NCBI GenBank assembly: GCA_964016885.1
Contig: OZ024743.1
Coordinates: 6,076,001 to 6,140,000, forward strand
Source: Eledone cirrhosa
Taxonomy: Eukaryota
Reading direction: 5' to 3'
Length of the DNA: 64,000 nt
Positions 48,040-60,388 of this stretch are shown piece after piece; the stretch's first letter is position 1; every line of letters begins with the position of its first letter. The position numbers and the translations under genes are program-made. The notes under the pieces are model-generated. The model was not told the origin of the DNA, ran no database searches, and was given only the letters and a program-made list of their open reading frames with translations.

Positions 48040-48425
48040 GAAGCTGAACCTCTTCTCCTTAGAGCGATGGCTAAGAGGCAATCTCGTTTTGGCTTACAAT
48101 CTCTTCAATGGCCATTACGATCTCCCTCAAGATCTCCTATTCACTCCGGCACTTGAAAGGGGTCTACGTAGACATGACAGAAAGCTGTTTCACCGCCGCT
48201 TTCGCCTAAATAGATAAATAGCTGCTTTCTTGATCCGCATCTCTGGACCCTGGAATCGGCTTCCAGAAGAAGTAGTCAACGCGTCAACCACGCAACAATT
48301 CAAGGCAAAATTGGACCGGTGTTGGACCACTGTGTTTCCAATTGTGTAAATTCTTCCCCTTCCCCTCCTTACATGGCATCTGAAGCATCTATGTTTTAAT
48401 TTCTGCCAAATATTTTGAATTGAAA
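48040..48425 (+). pseudogene. CR1-like LINE 3' remnant
   Basis: FLIRISGPWNRLPEEVVNASTTQQFKAKLD. Confidence 0.72.
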
Positions 48426-48883
48426 ATACATTTAAAGTGGGTGGCTATAGAAAGGGCATTCATATATAGAAATAATGCCTACAAACAGGAAAGAACAGAT
48501 GAATATGGAGTAGATGGTAGTGTAAATGGGGCTCTTTAGTCTTCTTAGAGATGACCTCTCAAGTGTAACAAAGAAGTTCTGTTTTCTCTGTTGCTGTGTG
48601 TGCTGCAAGTTTGGACTGCAACACATGCCACTATAGAAGAATGGTCATGAAATGATAATAATTATTTCTAATGTATGCATGAGGTCAACAGTTTGTGGAG
48701 AGAGGACAATAAATTATATCAAACCCAGTACTTTACTGTTGCTTTATTTTTATCGACTCCAGAAAGATGAAAGGCAAAGTTGACCTTAATAGATTTGACC
48801 TCAGAATGTAGTGGGCCACAACAAAATACTGCACCACTCTGGAAATGTTAATAATAATTATAAGTGAGTAGAAAATTAATGGT

Positions 48884-49140
48884 GACGGTGCATGGCTTAG
48901 TGGTTAGAAAGTTTGATTCACAATCGTGAGGTTGCGAATTCAAATCTTGGACCGGATGATGTGTTGTGTCCTTGAGCAAGATACTTTATTTCATGTTGCT
49001 CCTTCTGCCAGGAGTTGTGACTGGTAGATAGTATCAGCAATGGAAAGACCAATGGAAACATTGTTTCTCTGGTCCGATTTGATCAGGTCCACCCCACTTG
49101 GCAAGAAAATGAGGTCTGGGATCAGAGAGACAACGAGAAG
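48884..49140 (+). mobile_element. tRNA-derived SINE family 2 (CORE-like)
   Basis: Similar to 13706-13925. Confidence 0.75.
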
Positions 49141-49395
49141 GCTAACATGATTGAAATATTTAATTGAATTCATTAAAATTACACCCACAGTAATGGGATT
49201 AATCATCAGTTTTAATTTTTAATTCTAATTAAGAAAGGTAAGGGAGATGTCTATGAAATTTAAGTCAATTAAAAATTGTACTGTGGGATGCCGCTTCATT
49301 TCAGTTTTTAGAAATACTATATAGCAACCTATATCCATATAAATATATAAGATTTACAAGCCACAGGTTATTTTGTTGCTACATTCCAGCATTAA

Positions 49396-49611
49396 CCCTT
49401 TAGCATTTACATTACTCTATATTTACTATTATATTTCCACGGTAAAAGCTTTACCTTACATACCTCTCATAATATCGAATCTATGAGATTTTGATGTTAT
49501 TTATTTTGAGTCCTTAACTTAACATCAGTATTAACAGCCAGGTACAGCCAGTTTGAGCAGAAAGAGGTAAATGAATTCTGGTCGGATATGTTCAGTTTAA
49601 ATGCTAAAGGA
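49396..49611 (+). mobile_element. piggyBac-like TTAA MITE
   Basis: ttaa|ccctttagcattta..taaatgctaaagga|ttaa. The paralogous empty site has a single TTAA at 53963 and 57859. Confidence 0.9.
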
Positions 49612-49717
49612 TTAAAACACATGAAAACCTATTTCAGAAAGAACTATGCTTCTTTCATTAGTAATATGAATCTGATTGTTAGCAAAAGAAACATATTTAA
49701 AGAGTTAAGTAACTTAC

Positions 49718-49766
49718 ATTTTGTAGTTTTAGTTCTTCCTTTCTGTTTTGAGATAGGGGGTTAGAA
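49718..49766 (-). CDS. Host gene 2 exon B (SNPLSQNRKEELKLQN)
   Basis: Acceptor ctttctgtctacag|, donor |gtaagt, 49 nt, phase 2-0. Confidence 0.75.
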
Positions 49767-49798
49767 CTGTAGACAGAAAGTAAAATATATTCCTTTAA

Positions 49799-50032
49799 CC
49801 CTTTAGCATTTACATTACTCTGTATATACTATTGTATATTTGCAGTAAAAGCTTTATCTCACATAATTATCCCACATCATTATCTTACATAATATCGAAT
49901 CTACAAGATTTTGATATTATTTATTATGAGAGCAATAATTTAACATAGGTATGAGTGGCCAGTTATTGCTGGTTTGAACAGGAAGAGATGAGCGAATTCT
50001 GGCCAGATATGGCTAGTTGAAATGCTAAAGGG
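49799..50032 (+). mobile_element. piggyBac-like TTAA MITE
   Basis: ttaa|ccctttagcattta..aaatgctaaaggg|ttaa. Truncated paralogs at 54137-54293 and 58033-58189. Confidence 0.88.
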
Positions 50033-50802
50033 TTAATTTGTTTTTAAAAGTGAGTGAAAGAATTGTCTTTTACTTATTGTTTTTCATTCCTTCTCAATAC
50101 AAGAATACCAAACTGTACAATAAGTAGTGTAGAATGAATCAACAGAATACAACGAAGAACACATTCTATTGCAATAAACAACAAAACACATGAGAAACAT
50201 GTAAACCTCATAATGTAGAAGGATAGAAAAGGGTATGAAGGAGATTTAGTGAAACAATAGACATATCTATCACAACATTAGACACACTAGAAACACATAC
50301 AAGTAAATCTTAATGATATAAATCTTTTAACACAGAGAAAGCTACTGTAATATAATATCTGGTCATGAATTATTGCAATAATTATATTATATTTGTCATA
50401 AATTAAGAAAAATTAAAAGAAAATAATTCCTACAAATTACTATAAATGTTTATAAAAATAACAACTATGAATATGAAATATCCTCAATCCTTTCCAGATT
50501 ATAGGAGTAGCAATCTACATTACATATGTTGCTGTGACTCAGATTCCATAAATTTATCAAGATAGGTGTGAATATTTCTTTGGAGAGAAAAAAAGTAGCT
50601 CCCAGGCCAATGAAAGACCTTAGTTCTACTTTAGTTCATTGATATCAGATGATTACATGTTTTCTCATTTCTATATTGGATGTACTTACTAGTAATTCAT
50701 CAATGACATAGCTAATAGAAGAAATATATTAGACATAAACGCCATATTTTTTTAAATTATATATGATAAGATATACCATATTATATAAATTTTCATACAT
50801 AC

Positions 50803-50999
50803 AGATTTGGTTGTTGGTGATCAAATAGTGGGCTTTGGGTGGTGTTTGCCATATTTCCTCTTGAACTTTCATACTGCATATACTTATTGTAATGAGATGA
50901 TGTTGGATATTCATATTTTTCATTAGACTTTCGGTACCTGTGATGGGATCCCATTGGTAACTCTTCCTGTAATCGGTTTCTTAATGAGATATCTAACTC
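50803..50999 (-). CDS. Host gene 2 exon A, copy 3 (ELDISLRNRLQEELPMGSHHRYRKS..HQQPN)
   Basis: Acceptor ttttttatatacag|, donor |gtatgt, 197 nt, phase 0-2. Confidence 0.68.
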
Positions 51000-51195
51000 C
51001 TGTATATAAAAAATAACAACAAAAATTGTATAAAGTGTTATTGTTTCAAGTTTTCTTCATCCACATTCAAGTTTTAATATTAGTATTTGTGCACACCTAT
51101 ACATTCTTGTCATAAATACATATCTTTACAATAATTTTGATTATTGAAAAACAAAAATGGAACTGCAAAAGGTATTTTCAAAGAAATCATATGTA

Positions 51196-52459
51196 TCATC
51201 ATTATCATCATCATCGTTTAACGTCTATCTTCCACGCTAGCTTGGGTTTAGACGGGAATTGTCCCATTTGAAGTAAGATTGGTCGTCTCGTTCGTATGGG
51301 ACTGTCTGGCAGGTTTTCTACGGCTTGATGCCCTTCCTAACACCAACCACGTTTACAGTGTGGACTGGGAGGTTTTTACCGTGTTACCTACATGGCCACA
51401 TTACAGCGTGGACTGTGTGTTTTTTCGTTGTGACACCTACACGACCTCATTTATTTAGGACTTGATGTTGTGGTACCGACATAACTTTACAGAGAAACAA
51501 GTGGTGTTGATGGCGGTGGGGGAGTTGGGGGAGTGGGACGGGGTGTATATTAGATTAAGAGGTGCCTACTGACTGTAGGTTTCGCTTTGTACTTAGGCAA
51601 GGCGGGTCTTCTATATTACTGCATAGCGCCAAAGATCTCAGTCCAGTGACATTGTCTTAGAGAGGTGAAAGTGTGTAAGGTCGGAATTTATCAAATCTTC
51701 CCAGTTTTTTCTGGGTCTGTCTACTCCGTAACTTCTGTCAGTTTTGATCGCCCTGCACTTTTTTATACAGCTGTCGTCTTTCATGCGCAACACGTGACCA
51801 TACCAACGTAGTCTTCTCTCTAGTAAACAGCATCTGATCCCTCTTATACCTAATTTCTCACTTAGTTCATTTATGCTTTGCTGTTCACATATATTATTAT
51901 TACACATCCAGCGGAGCATGCATACTTCGTTCCTCTCCAGTCTGCTCAGATCTTCTGCATACAATGCCCAGGTCTCACTGCCATGTAACATTGCTGTTCG
52001 TATGCAGGCATCATACAGTCTGCCTTTCATTTTTAGAGAGACACCTTTAGCGGCCAATAGTGGTATAAGCTCTCTGAACTTTTTCGATCCCGTTCTGACT
52101 CTGGCTACTTTACTTTCTGAGCACCCTCTACCACTGCTGATTTTGTCACCCAGGTAACGGAAGGTGTCCACTATTTCTATAGAGCCATCTGGGCAATAGA
52201 AGGAGCTAGTATCCTGTGGGCGCTTGCTACTTATTGCACCTGAGCACTGGCCACATATAAAATCTACGTTCTTAGATAGCTTACCTGTGATCCCACATCT
52301 TTTATGCACCCATACTTTGCATTTGGGACATAAAATGGAATTTCTGCCTACTCCTTTCCTTTCACATTGAGCATGGCCATTTCCCAGAGGGGACCTGTGC
52401 CCTATTTTACTTCCTACATACTAGAACTTTAGTCTTAGACAAGTTAACTCTAAGGCCTT
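51196..52459 (-). mobile_element. RTE LINE 3' fragment (older subfamily)
   Basis: ORF 51638..52309 HKRC..CGQC..FRYLG..RRLRWYGHV, RTE 3' UTR, (cat)n. Confidence 0.88.
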
Positions 52460-52740
52460 TATATATATATATATATATACGGAAAAAATGAAACGAAATT
52501 TCATTTCTCACTCTTAGTACGGCTGTTACTTAAATATAAGTATGTGTACGTACATACATATATGTATACAGACGCACAGTAGTATGTATATATATACATA
52601 CATGCACACATATATATATGTATCTATGGATTCACCGAACATTTATTATAATGCTCGGTGTATTTGTAAACAAACATCCCGAATTAAGCCTACAGTGTCT
52701 AGCAACCACCGTTGCTCATTTCTTCAACACTGACAAAAGA

Positions 52741-52783
52741 ACGCTGTACTAGTTTCAAGCTTATTAGCTATCGTCAGCAACGT
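52741..52783 (-). ncRNA. Minimal type I hammerhead ribozyme (43 nt, palindromic stem III ACUAGU)
   Basis: ACGUUG-CUGACGA-UAGCU-AAUA-AGCUU-GAAA-CUAG-UA^CAGCGU. Confidence 0.88.
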
Positions 52784-53057
52784 ATACCTTCCTGCCAGAT
52801 GATTAAACGTCTGAAAGTATATACTTTCCTTATGCATATTAACGGCTGAGCAGCCTAATTTGCATATCGAGTCAGTTAATCGGCCGGGGCACCGAAAACG
52901 ATAAACGGAAAAAATGAAACGAAATTTCATTTCTCACTCTTAGTATGGCTGTTACTTAAATATAAGTATGTATACGTACATACAAATATAAGTATGTATA
53001 CGTACATACAAGGAAAGTATATACTTTCAGACGTTCAATTATCTGGCAGGAAGGTAT

Positions 53058-53100
53058 ACGTTGCTGACGATAGCTAATAAGCTTGAAACTAGTACAGCGT
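53058..53100 (+). ncRNA. Minimal type I hammerhead ribozyme (inverted copy)
   Basis: acgttg ctgacga tagct aata agctt gaaa ctag ta^cagcgt. Predicted cleavage after 53094. Confidence 0.88.
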
Positions 53101-53259
53101 TCCTTTGTCAGTGTTGAACAAATGAGCAACGATGGTTGCTAGACACTGTACGGCTTAATTCGGGATGTTTGTTTACAAACACACCGAGCATTATAATAAA
53201 TGTTCGGTGAATCCATACGTACATATATACATGTGTGCATGTATGTATATATATATCCA

Positions 53260-53410
53260 CTAAATGTCTTAAATGCCATGGGCTGGTATTTCCAAATTTT
53301 ATTCCATTCAGCAGCGATAGCAGTGACCCCCACATTCACCACGACGTCCATGATATGGGAGGGAGCAAAAGAGTCCCAGCTGAGACACCAACCCTTCACC
53401 CAGGGAACAC
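53260..53410 (-). pseudogene. CRE-like retrotransposon remnant (duplicated at 57156-57306)
   Basis: VPWVKGWCLSWD..FAPSHI..GVTAIAAEWNKIWKY. Confidence 0.62.
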
Positions 53411-54067
53411 ACACACATAATGCTTAATCAGCAATCTTTAATCATCTCTGCTTCCACATTTTTTTCATTTGTTGATGTGATTGGCCTTCCAGAATGAGGT
53501 TCGTCTTCAACATTTTCTCGGCCCTCTTTGAAAGCTACCTAAAAACATTACTTCACGATAGAGTGGCATCTCCAGAACCCTGTGTTCAAGAATTAAATGT
53601 TTTGGTGGCAGATTTGTTGAGTTCCACACAAAATTTGATCATACCGTTGTTGGATATATTCCTGCATCGCAAATGTAACAAAAGTTATAAACACATCTGT
53701 ACACAAACAACAATAACTCACAACTGACTCAATCAGTCATGTTGACTGCAGCACACACCACCACAGGAGAACGGTCACAAAATGATAATAATAATGATTT
53801 CTGATGAAGGCACATTAATTTAAGTCAATTAAAAATTGTACTGTGGGATGCCGCTTCATTTCAGTTTTTAGAAATACTATATAGCAACCTATATCCATAT
53901 AAATATATTTACATATAAAAAGATTTACAAGCCAAAGGTTAATTTGTTGCTACATTCAAGCATTAAAACACATGAAAACCTATTTCAGAAAGAACCATGC
54001 TTCTTTTATTAGTAATGTGATCAGATTGTTAGCAAAAGAAACATATTTAAAGAGTTAAGTAACTTAC

Positions 54068-54104
54068 ATTTAGTAGTTTTAGTTCTTCCTTTCTGTTTTT
54101 AGAA
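54068..54104 (-). CDS. Host gene 2 exon B' (SKNRKEELKLLN; 12-nt in-frame shorter paralog of exon B)
   Basis: Acceptor ctttctgcctacag|, donor |gtaagt, 37 nt, phase 2-0. Confidence 0.62.
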
Positions 54105-54698
54105 CTGTAGGCAGAAAGTAAAATATATTCCTTTAACCCTTTAGCATTTATATTACTCTGTATATACTATTGTATATTTGCAGTAAAAGCTTTATCTCAC
54201 ATAATTATCCCACATAATTATCTTACATAATATCGAATCTACAAGATTTTGATATTATTTATTTTGAGAACAATAATCTAACATAGGTATGAGGTAAAGG
54301 AAGAAAAATTAAAAGAAAATAATTCCTACAAATTACTATAAATGTTTATAAAAATAACAACTATGAATATGAAATATCCTCAATCCTTTCCAGATTATAG
54401 GAGTAGCAATCTATATTACATATGTTGCTGTGACTCAGATTCCATAAATTTATCAAGATAGGTGTGAATATTTCTTTGGAGAGAAAAAAAGTAGCTCCCA
54501 GGCCAATGAAAGACCTTAGTTCTACTTTAGTTCATTGATATCAGATGATTACATGTTTTCTCATTTCTATATTGGATGTACTTACTAGTAATTCATCAAT
54601 GACATAGCTAATAGAAGAAATATATTAGACATAAACGCCATATTTTTTTAAATTATATATGATAAGATATACCATATTATATAAATTTTCATACATAC

Positions 54699-54895
54699 AG
54701 ATTTGGTTGTTGGTGATCAAATAGTGGGCTTTGGGTGGTGTTTGCCATATTTCCTCTTGAACTTTCATACTGCATATACTTATTGTAATGAGATGATGTT
54801 GGATATTCATATTTTTCATTAGACTTTCGGTACCTGTGATGGGATCCCATTGGTAACTCTTCCTGTAATCGGTTTCTTAATGAGATATCTAACTC
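54699..54895 (-). CDS. Host gene 2 exon A, copy 2
   Basis: Same sequence and splice sites as 50803-50999. Confidence 0.62.
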
Positions 54896-55091
54896 CTGTA
54901 TATAAAAAATAACAACAAAAATTGTATAAAGTGTTATTGTTTCAAGTTTTCTTCATCCACATTCAAGTTTTAATATTAGTATTTGTGCACACCTATACAT
55001 TCTTGTCATAAATACATATCTTTACAATAATTTTGATTATTGAAAAACAAAAATGGAACTGCAAAAGGTATTTTCAAAGAAATCATATGTA

Positions 55092-56355
55092 TCATCATTA
55101 TCATCATCATCGTTTAACGTCTATCTTCCACGCTAGCTTGGGTTTAGACGGGAATTGTCCCATTTGAAGTAAGATTGGTCGTCTCGTTCGTATGGGACTG
55201 TCTGGCAGGTTTTCTACGGCTTGATGCCCTTCCTAACACCAACCACGTTTACAGTGTGGACTGGGAGGTTTTTACCGTGTTACCTACATGGCCACATTAC
55301 AGCGTGGACTGCGTGTTTTTTCGTTGTGACACCTACACGACCTCATTTATTTAGGACTTGATGTTGTGGTACCGACATAACTTTACAGAGAAACAAGTGG
55401 TGTTGATGGCGGTGGGGGAGTTGGGGGAGTGGGACGGGGTGTATATTAGATTAAGAGGTGCCTACTGACTGTAGGTTTCGCTTTGTACTTAGGCAAGGCG
55501 GGTCTTCTATATTACTGCATAGCGCCAAAGATCTCAGTCCAGTGACATTGTCTTAGAGAGGTGAAAGTGTGTAAGGTCGGAATTTATCAAATCTTCCCAG
55601 TTTTTTCTGGGTCTGTCTACTCCGTAACTTCTGTCAGTTTTGATCGCCCTGCACTTTTTTATACAGCTGTCGTCTTTCATGCGCAACACGTGACCATACC
55701 AACGTAGTCTTCTCTCTAGTAAACAGCATCTGATCCCTCTTATACCTAATTTCTCACTTAGTTCATTTATGCTTTGCTGTTCACATATATTATTATTACA
55801 CATCCAGCGGAGCATGCATACTTCGTTCCTCTCCAGTCTGCTCAGATCTTCTGCATACAATGCCCAGGTCTCACTGCCATGTAACATTGCTGTTCGTATG
55901 CAGGCATCATACAGTCTGCCTTTCATTTTTAGAGAGACACCTTTAGCGGCCAATAGTGGTATAAGCTCTCTGAACTTTTTCGATCCCGTTCTGACTCTGG
56001 CTACTTTACTTTCTGAGCACCCTCTACCACTGCTGATTTTGTCACCCAGGTAACGGAAGGTGTCCACTATTTCTATAGAGCCATCTGGGCAATAGAAGGA
56101 GCTAGTATCCTGTGGGCGCTTGCTACTTATTGCACCTGAGCACTGGCCACATATAAAATCTACGTTCTTAGATAGCTTACCTGTGATCCCACATCTTTTA
56201 TGCACCCATACTTTGCATTTGGGACATAAAATGGAATTTCTGCCTACTCCTTTCCTTTCACACTGAGCATGGCCATTTCCCAGAGGGGACCTGTGCCCTA
56301 TTTTACTTCCTACATACTAGAACTTTAGTCTTAGACAAGTTAACTCTAAGGCCTT
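55092..56355 (-). mobile_element. RTE LINE 3' fragment (duplicate of 51196-52459)
   Basis: ORF 55534..56205 has the same translation as 51638..52309. Confidence 0.88.
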
Positions 56356-56636
56356 TATATATATATATATATATACGGAAAAAATGAAACGAAATTTCAT
56401 TTCTCACTCTTAGTACGGCTGTTACTTAAATATAAGTATGTGTACGTACATACATATATGTATACAGACGCACAGTAGTATGTATATATATACATACATG
56501 CACACATATATATATGTATCTATGGATTCACCGAACATTTATTATAATGCTCGGTGTATTTGTAAACAAACATCCCGAATTAAGCCTACAGTGTCTAGCA
56601 ACCACCGTTGCTCATTTCTTCAACACTGACAAAAGA

Positions 56637-56679
56637 ACGCTGTACTAGTTTCAAGCTTATTAGCTATCGTCAGCAACGT
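56637..56679 (-). ncRNA. Minimal type I hammerhead ribozyme (duplicate of 52741-52783)
   Basis: Same sequence at +3896. Confidence 0.86.
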
Positions 56680-56953
56680 ATACCTTCCTGCCAGATGATT
56701 AAACGTCTGAAAGTATATACTTTCCTTATGCATATTAACGGCTGAGCAGCCTAATTTGCATATCGAGTCAGTTAATCGGCCGGGGCACCGAAAACGATAA
56801 ACGGAAAAAATGAAACGAAATTTCATTTCTCACTCTTAGTATGGCTGTTACTTAAATATAAGTATGTATACGTACATACAAATATAAGTATGTATACGTA
56901 CATACAAGGAAAGTATATACTTTCAGACGTTCAATTATCTGGCAGGAAGGTAT

Positions 56954-56996
56954 ACGTTGCTGACGATAGCTAATAAGCTTGAAACTAGTACAGCGT
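56954..56996 (+). ncRNA. Minimal type I hammerhead ribozyme (duplicate of 53058-53100)
   Basis: Same sequence at +3896. Confidence 0.86.
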
Positions 56997-57963
56997 TCCT
57001 TTGTCAGTGTTGAACAAATGAGCAACGATGGTTGCTAGACACTGTACGGCTTAATTCGGGATGTTTGTTTACAAACACACCGAGCATTATAATAAATGTT
57101 CGGTGAATCCATACGTACATATATACATGTGTGCATGTATGTATATATATATCCACTAAATGTCTTAAATGCCATGGGCTGGTATTTCCAAATTTTATTC
57201 CATTCAGCAGCGATAGCAGTGACCCCCACATTCACCACGACGTCCATGATATGGGAGGGAGCAAAAGAGTCCCAGCTGAGACACCAACCCTTCACCCAGG
57301 GAACACACACACATAATGCTTAATCAGCAATCTTTAATCATCTCTGCTTCCACATTTTTTTCATTTGTTGATGTGATTGGCCTTCCAGAATGAGGTTCGT
57401 CTTCAACATTTTCTCGGCCCTCTTTGAAAGCTACCTAAAAACATTACTTCACGATAGAGTGGCATCTCCAGAACCCTGTGTTCAAGAATTAAATGTTTTG
57501 GTGGCAGATTTGTTGAGTTCCACACAAAATTTGATCATACCGTTGTTGGATATATTCCTGCATCGCAAATGTAACAAAAGTTATAAACACATCTGTACAC
57601 AAACAACAATAACTCACAACTGACTCAATCAGTCATGTTGACTGCAGCACACACCACCACAGGAGAACGGTCACAAAATGATAATAATAATGATTTCTGA
57701 TGAAGGCACATTAATTTAAGTCAATTAAAAATTGTACTGTGGGATGCCGCTTCATTTCAGTTTTTAGAAATACTATATAGCAACCTATATCCATATAAAT
57801 ATATTTACATATAAAAAGATTTACAAGCCAAAGGTTAATTTGTTGCTACATTCAAGCATTAAAACACATGAAAACCTATTTCAGAAAGAACCATGCTTCT
57901 TTTATTAGTAATGTGATCAGATTGTTAGCAAAAGAAACATATTTAAAGAGTTAAGTAACTTAC

Positions 57964-58000
57964 ATTTAGTAGTTTTAGTTCTTCCTTTCTGTTTTTAGAA
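57964..58000 (-). CDS. Host gene 2 exon B', second copy
   Basis: Same sequence as 54068-54104. Confidence 0.6.
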
Positions 58001-58594
58001 CTGTAGGCAGAAAGTAAAATATATTCCTTTAACCCTTTAGCATTTATATTACTCTGTATATACTATTGTATATTTGCAGTAAAAGCTTTATCTCACATAA
58101 TTATCCCACATAATTATCTTACATAATATCGAATCTACAAGATTTTGATATTATTTATTTTGAGAACAATAATCTAACATAGGTATGAGGTAAAGGAAGA
58201 AAAATTAAAAGAAAATAATTCCTACAAATTACTATAAATGTTTATAAAAATAACAACTATGAATATGAAATATCCTCAATCCTTTCCAGATTATAGGAGT
58301 AGCAATCTATATTACATATGTTGCTGTGACTCAGATTCCATAAATTTATCAAGATAGGTGTGAATATTTCTTTGGAGAGAAAAAAAGTAGCTCCCAGGCC
58401 AATGAAAGACCTTAGTTCTACTTTAGTTCATTGATATCAGATGATTACATGTTTTCTCATTTCTATATTGGATGTACTTACTAGTAATTCATCAATGACA
58501 TAGCTAATAGAAGAAATATATTAGACATAAACGCCATATTTTTTTAAATTATATATGATAAGATATACCATATTATATAAATTTTCATACATAC

Positions 58595-58791
58595 AGATTT
58601 GGTTGTTGGTGATCAAATAGTGGGCTTTGGGTGGTGTTTGCCATATTTCCTCTTGAACTTTCATACTGCATATACTCATTGTAATGAGATGATGTTGGAT
58701 ATTCATATTTTTCATTAGACTTTCGGTACCTGTGATGGGATCCCATTGGTAACTCTTCCTGTAATCGGTTTCTTAATGAGATATCTAACTC
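58595..58791 (-). CDS. Host gene 2 exon A, copy 1 (one K>E difference)
   Basis: Same splice sites. AAT GAG TAT instead of AAT AAG TAT. Confidence 0.62.
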
Positions 58792-58996
58792 CTGTATATA
58801 AAAAATAACAACAAAAATTGTATAAAGTGTTATTGTTTCAAGTTTTCTTCATCCACATTCAAGTTTTAATATTAGTATTTGTGCACACCTATACATTCTT
58901 GTCATAAATACATATCTTTACAATAATTTTGATTATTGTAAAACAAGAATTGAATGGCACAAAAGCATTTTCAAAGAAATCATATGTATATATATA

Positions 58997-60133
58997 TCAT
59001 CATCATCATCATCGTTTAACGTCCATATTCCACGCTTGCATGGGTTTGGACGGGAGTTTTCCCACTTGAGGCAAGAGTGGTTGTCTTGCTCGCATAGGAC
59101 TGTCTGGCGGGTTTTCTACAGCTGGATGCCCTTCTTAACACCAACCACATTTACAGTGTGGGACTGGGAGGTTTTTACCGTGTTACCTACACGGCCACAT
59201 TACAGCGTGGACTGTGTGTTTTTTTTGTCGTGACACCTACACGACCTCATTTGTTTCGGCCTGGATGTTGTGGCACCAACATAACTTTACATTGAAAGGG
59301 GCGGTGTGGATGGGGTGGGGTGGGGGGGGGTATTTTGTTAGAAGTGCCTACTGACTGTAGTAGGTTTTACTTTGTATTTAGATAAGGCGGGTCTTCTCTA
59401 TTACTGAGTAGCGCCAAAGATCTCGGTCCAGTGACATTGTCTTGGAGAGGTGTAAGTGTGTGAGGTCGGAATTTATCAGCTCGTCCCAGGTTTTTCTAGG
59501 TCTGCCTACTCCGTGGCTACCGTCTATCTTTATTGCCCTGCACTTTTTTATACAGCTGTCGTCTTTCATGCATATCATGTGACCATACCAACATAGCCTT
59601 CTCTCGAGTAAACAATATCTGATCCCTCTTATTTCTAATTTTTCCCTTAGATCGTTAATGCTTTGGCGTTCACGTATATTACTATTACACATCCAGCGGA
59701 GCATGCAAGCTTCATTCCTCTCTAGTCTGCGTATATCCTCTGCACACAATGCCCAGGTCTCACTGCCATGCAACATTGCTGTTCAAATGCAGGCATCATA
59801 CAACCTGCCTTTCATTTTTAGGGAGAACCCTTTAGCGGCTAATAGTGGTATAAGCTCTCTGAACTTTTTCCATCCAGTTCTGACTCTAGCTACTGTACTT
59901 TCAGAGCACCCTCCCCCACTGTTGATTTTGTCACCCAGGTAACGGAAGCTGTCCACTATTTCTATAGAACCCTCTGCGCAATTGAAAGAGCTAGTATTTT
60001 GTGGGCACTTGCTGCTACTTATTGCACCAGAGCACCGGCCACATGTAAAATCTATGTTCTTAGTTAGCTTACCTGTGATCCCACTACATCTTTTATGCAC
60101 CCATACTTTGCATTTAGGACATAAGATGGAGTT
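58997..60133 (-). mobile_element. RTE LINE 3' fragment (close to the young subfamily), with an in-frame stop
   Basis: ORFs 59783..60100 and 59378..59776, 3' UTR, (cat)n. Confidence 0.88.
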
Positions 60134-60388
60134 TGATATTTTTGATATTTTGGTGTTTCTCTACATTCGGGATTGTATATCATACAGGTGTATGCGAAAA
60201 AATGCTTTAACAATACGGCCCACATGATAATATTGATTGCCTGCTTTAACTGCCTGATTCTACAAGTAACAATCTGCCGCACTCTAATCCTGTATAAATA
60301 AGACACGCGTGCATGCCACACGTGAGATTGTTTCATACACTGACTACTCTAAACTTTCCTCTTGCTTTATCTTCATAAACTGCCAATG

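Larger units (their letters stand above)
52479..53256. mobile_element. Non-coding hammerhead-bearing element: 426-bp unit with partial tandem repeat plus inverted segment
   Basis: Direct repeat at 52479 and 52905. Inverted arms 52586-52831 / 53010-53256. Starts in (TA)n. Confidence 0.8.
50404..58936. repeat. Recent tandem segmental duplication, 3896-bp period (~2.2 units)
   Basis: All ORFs recur at +3896 (51638/55534, 52542/56438, 50729/54625/58521). Only isolated substitutions seen. Confidence 0.95.
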
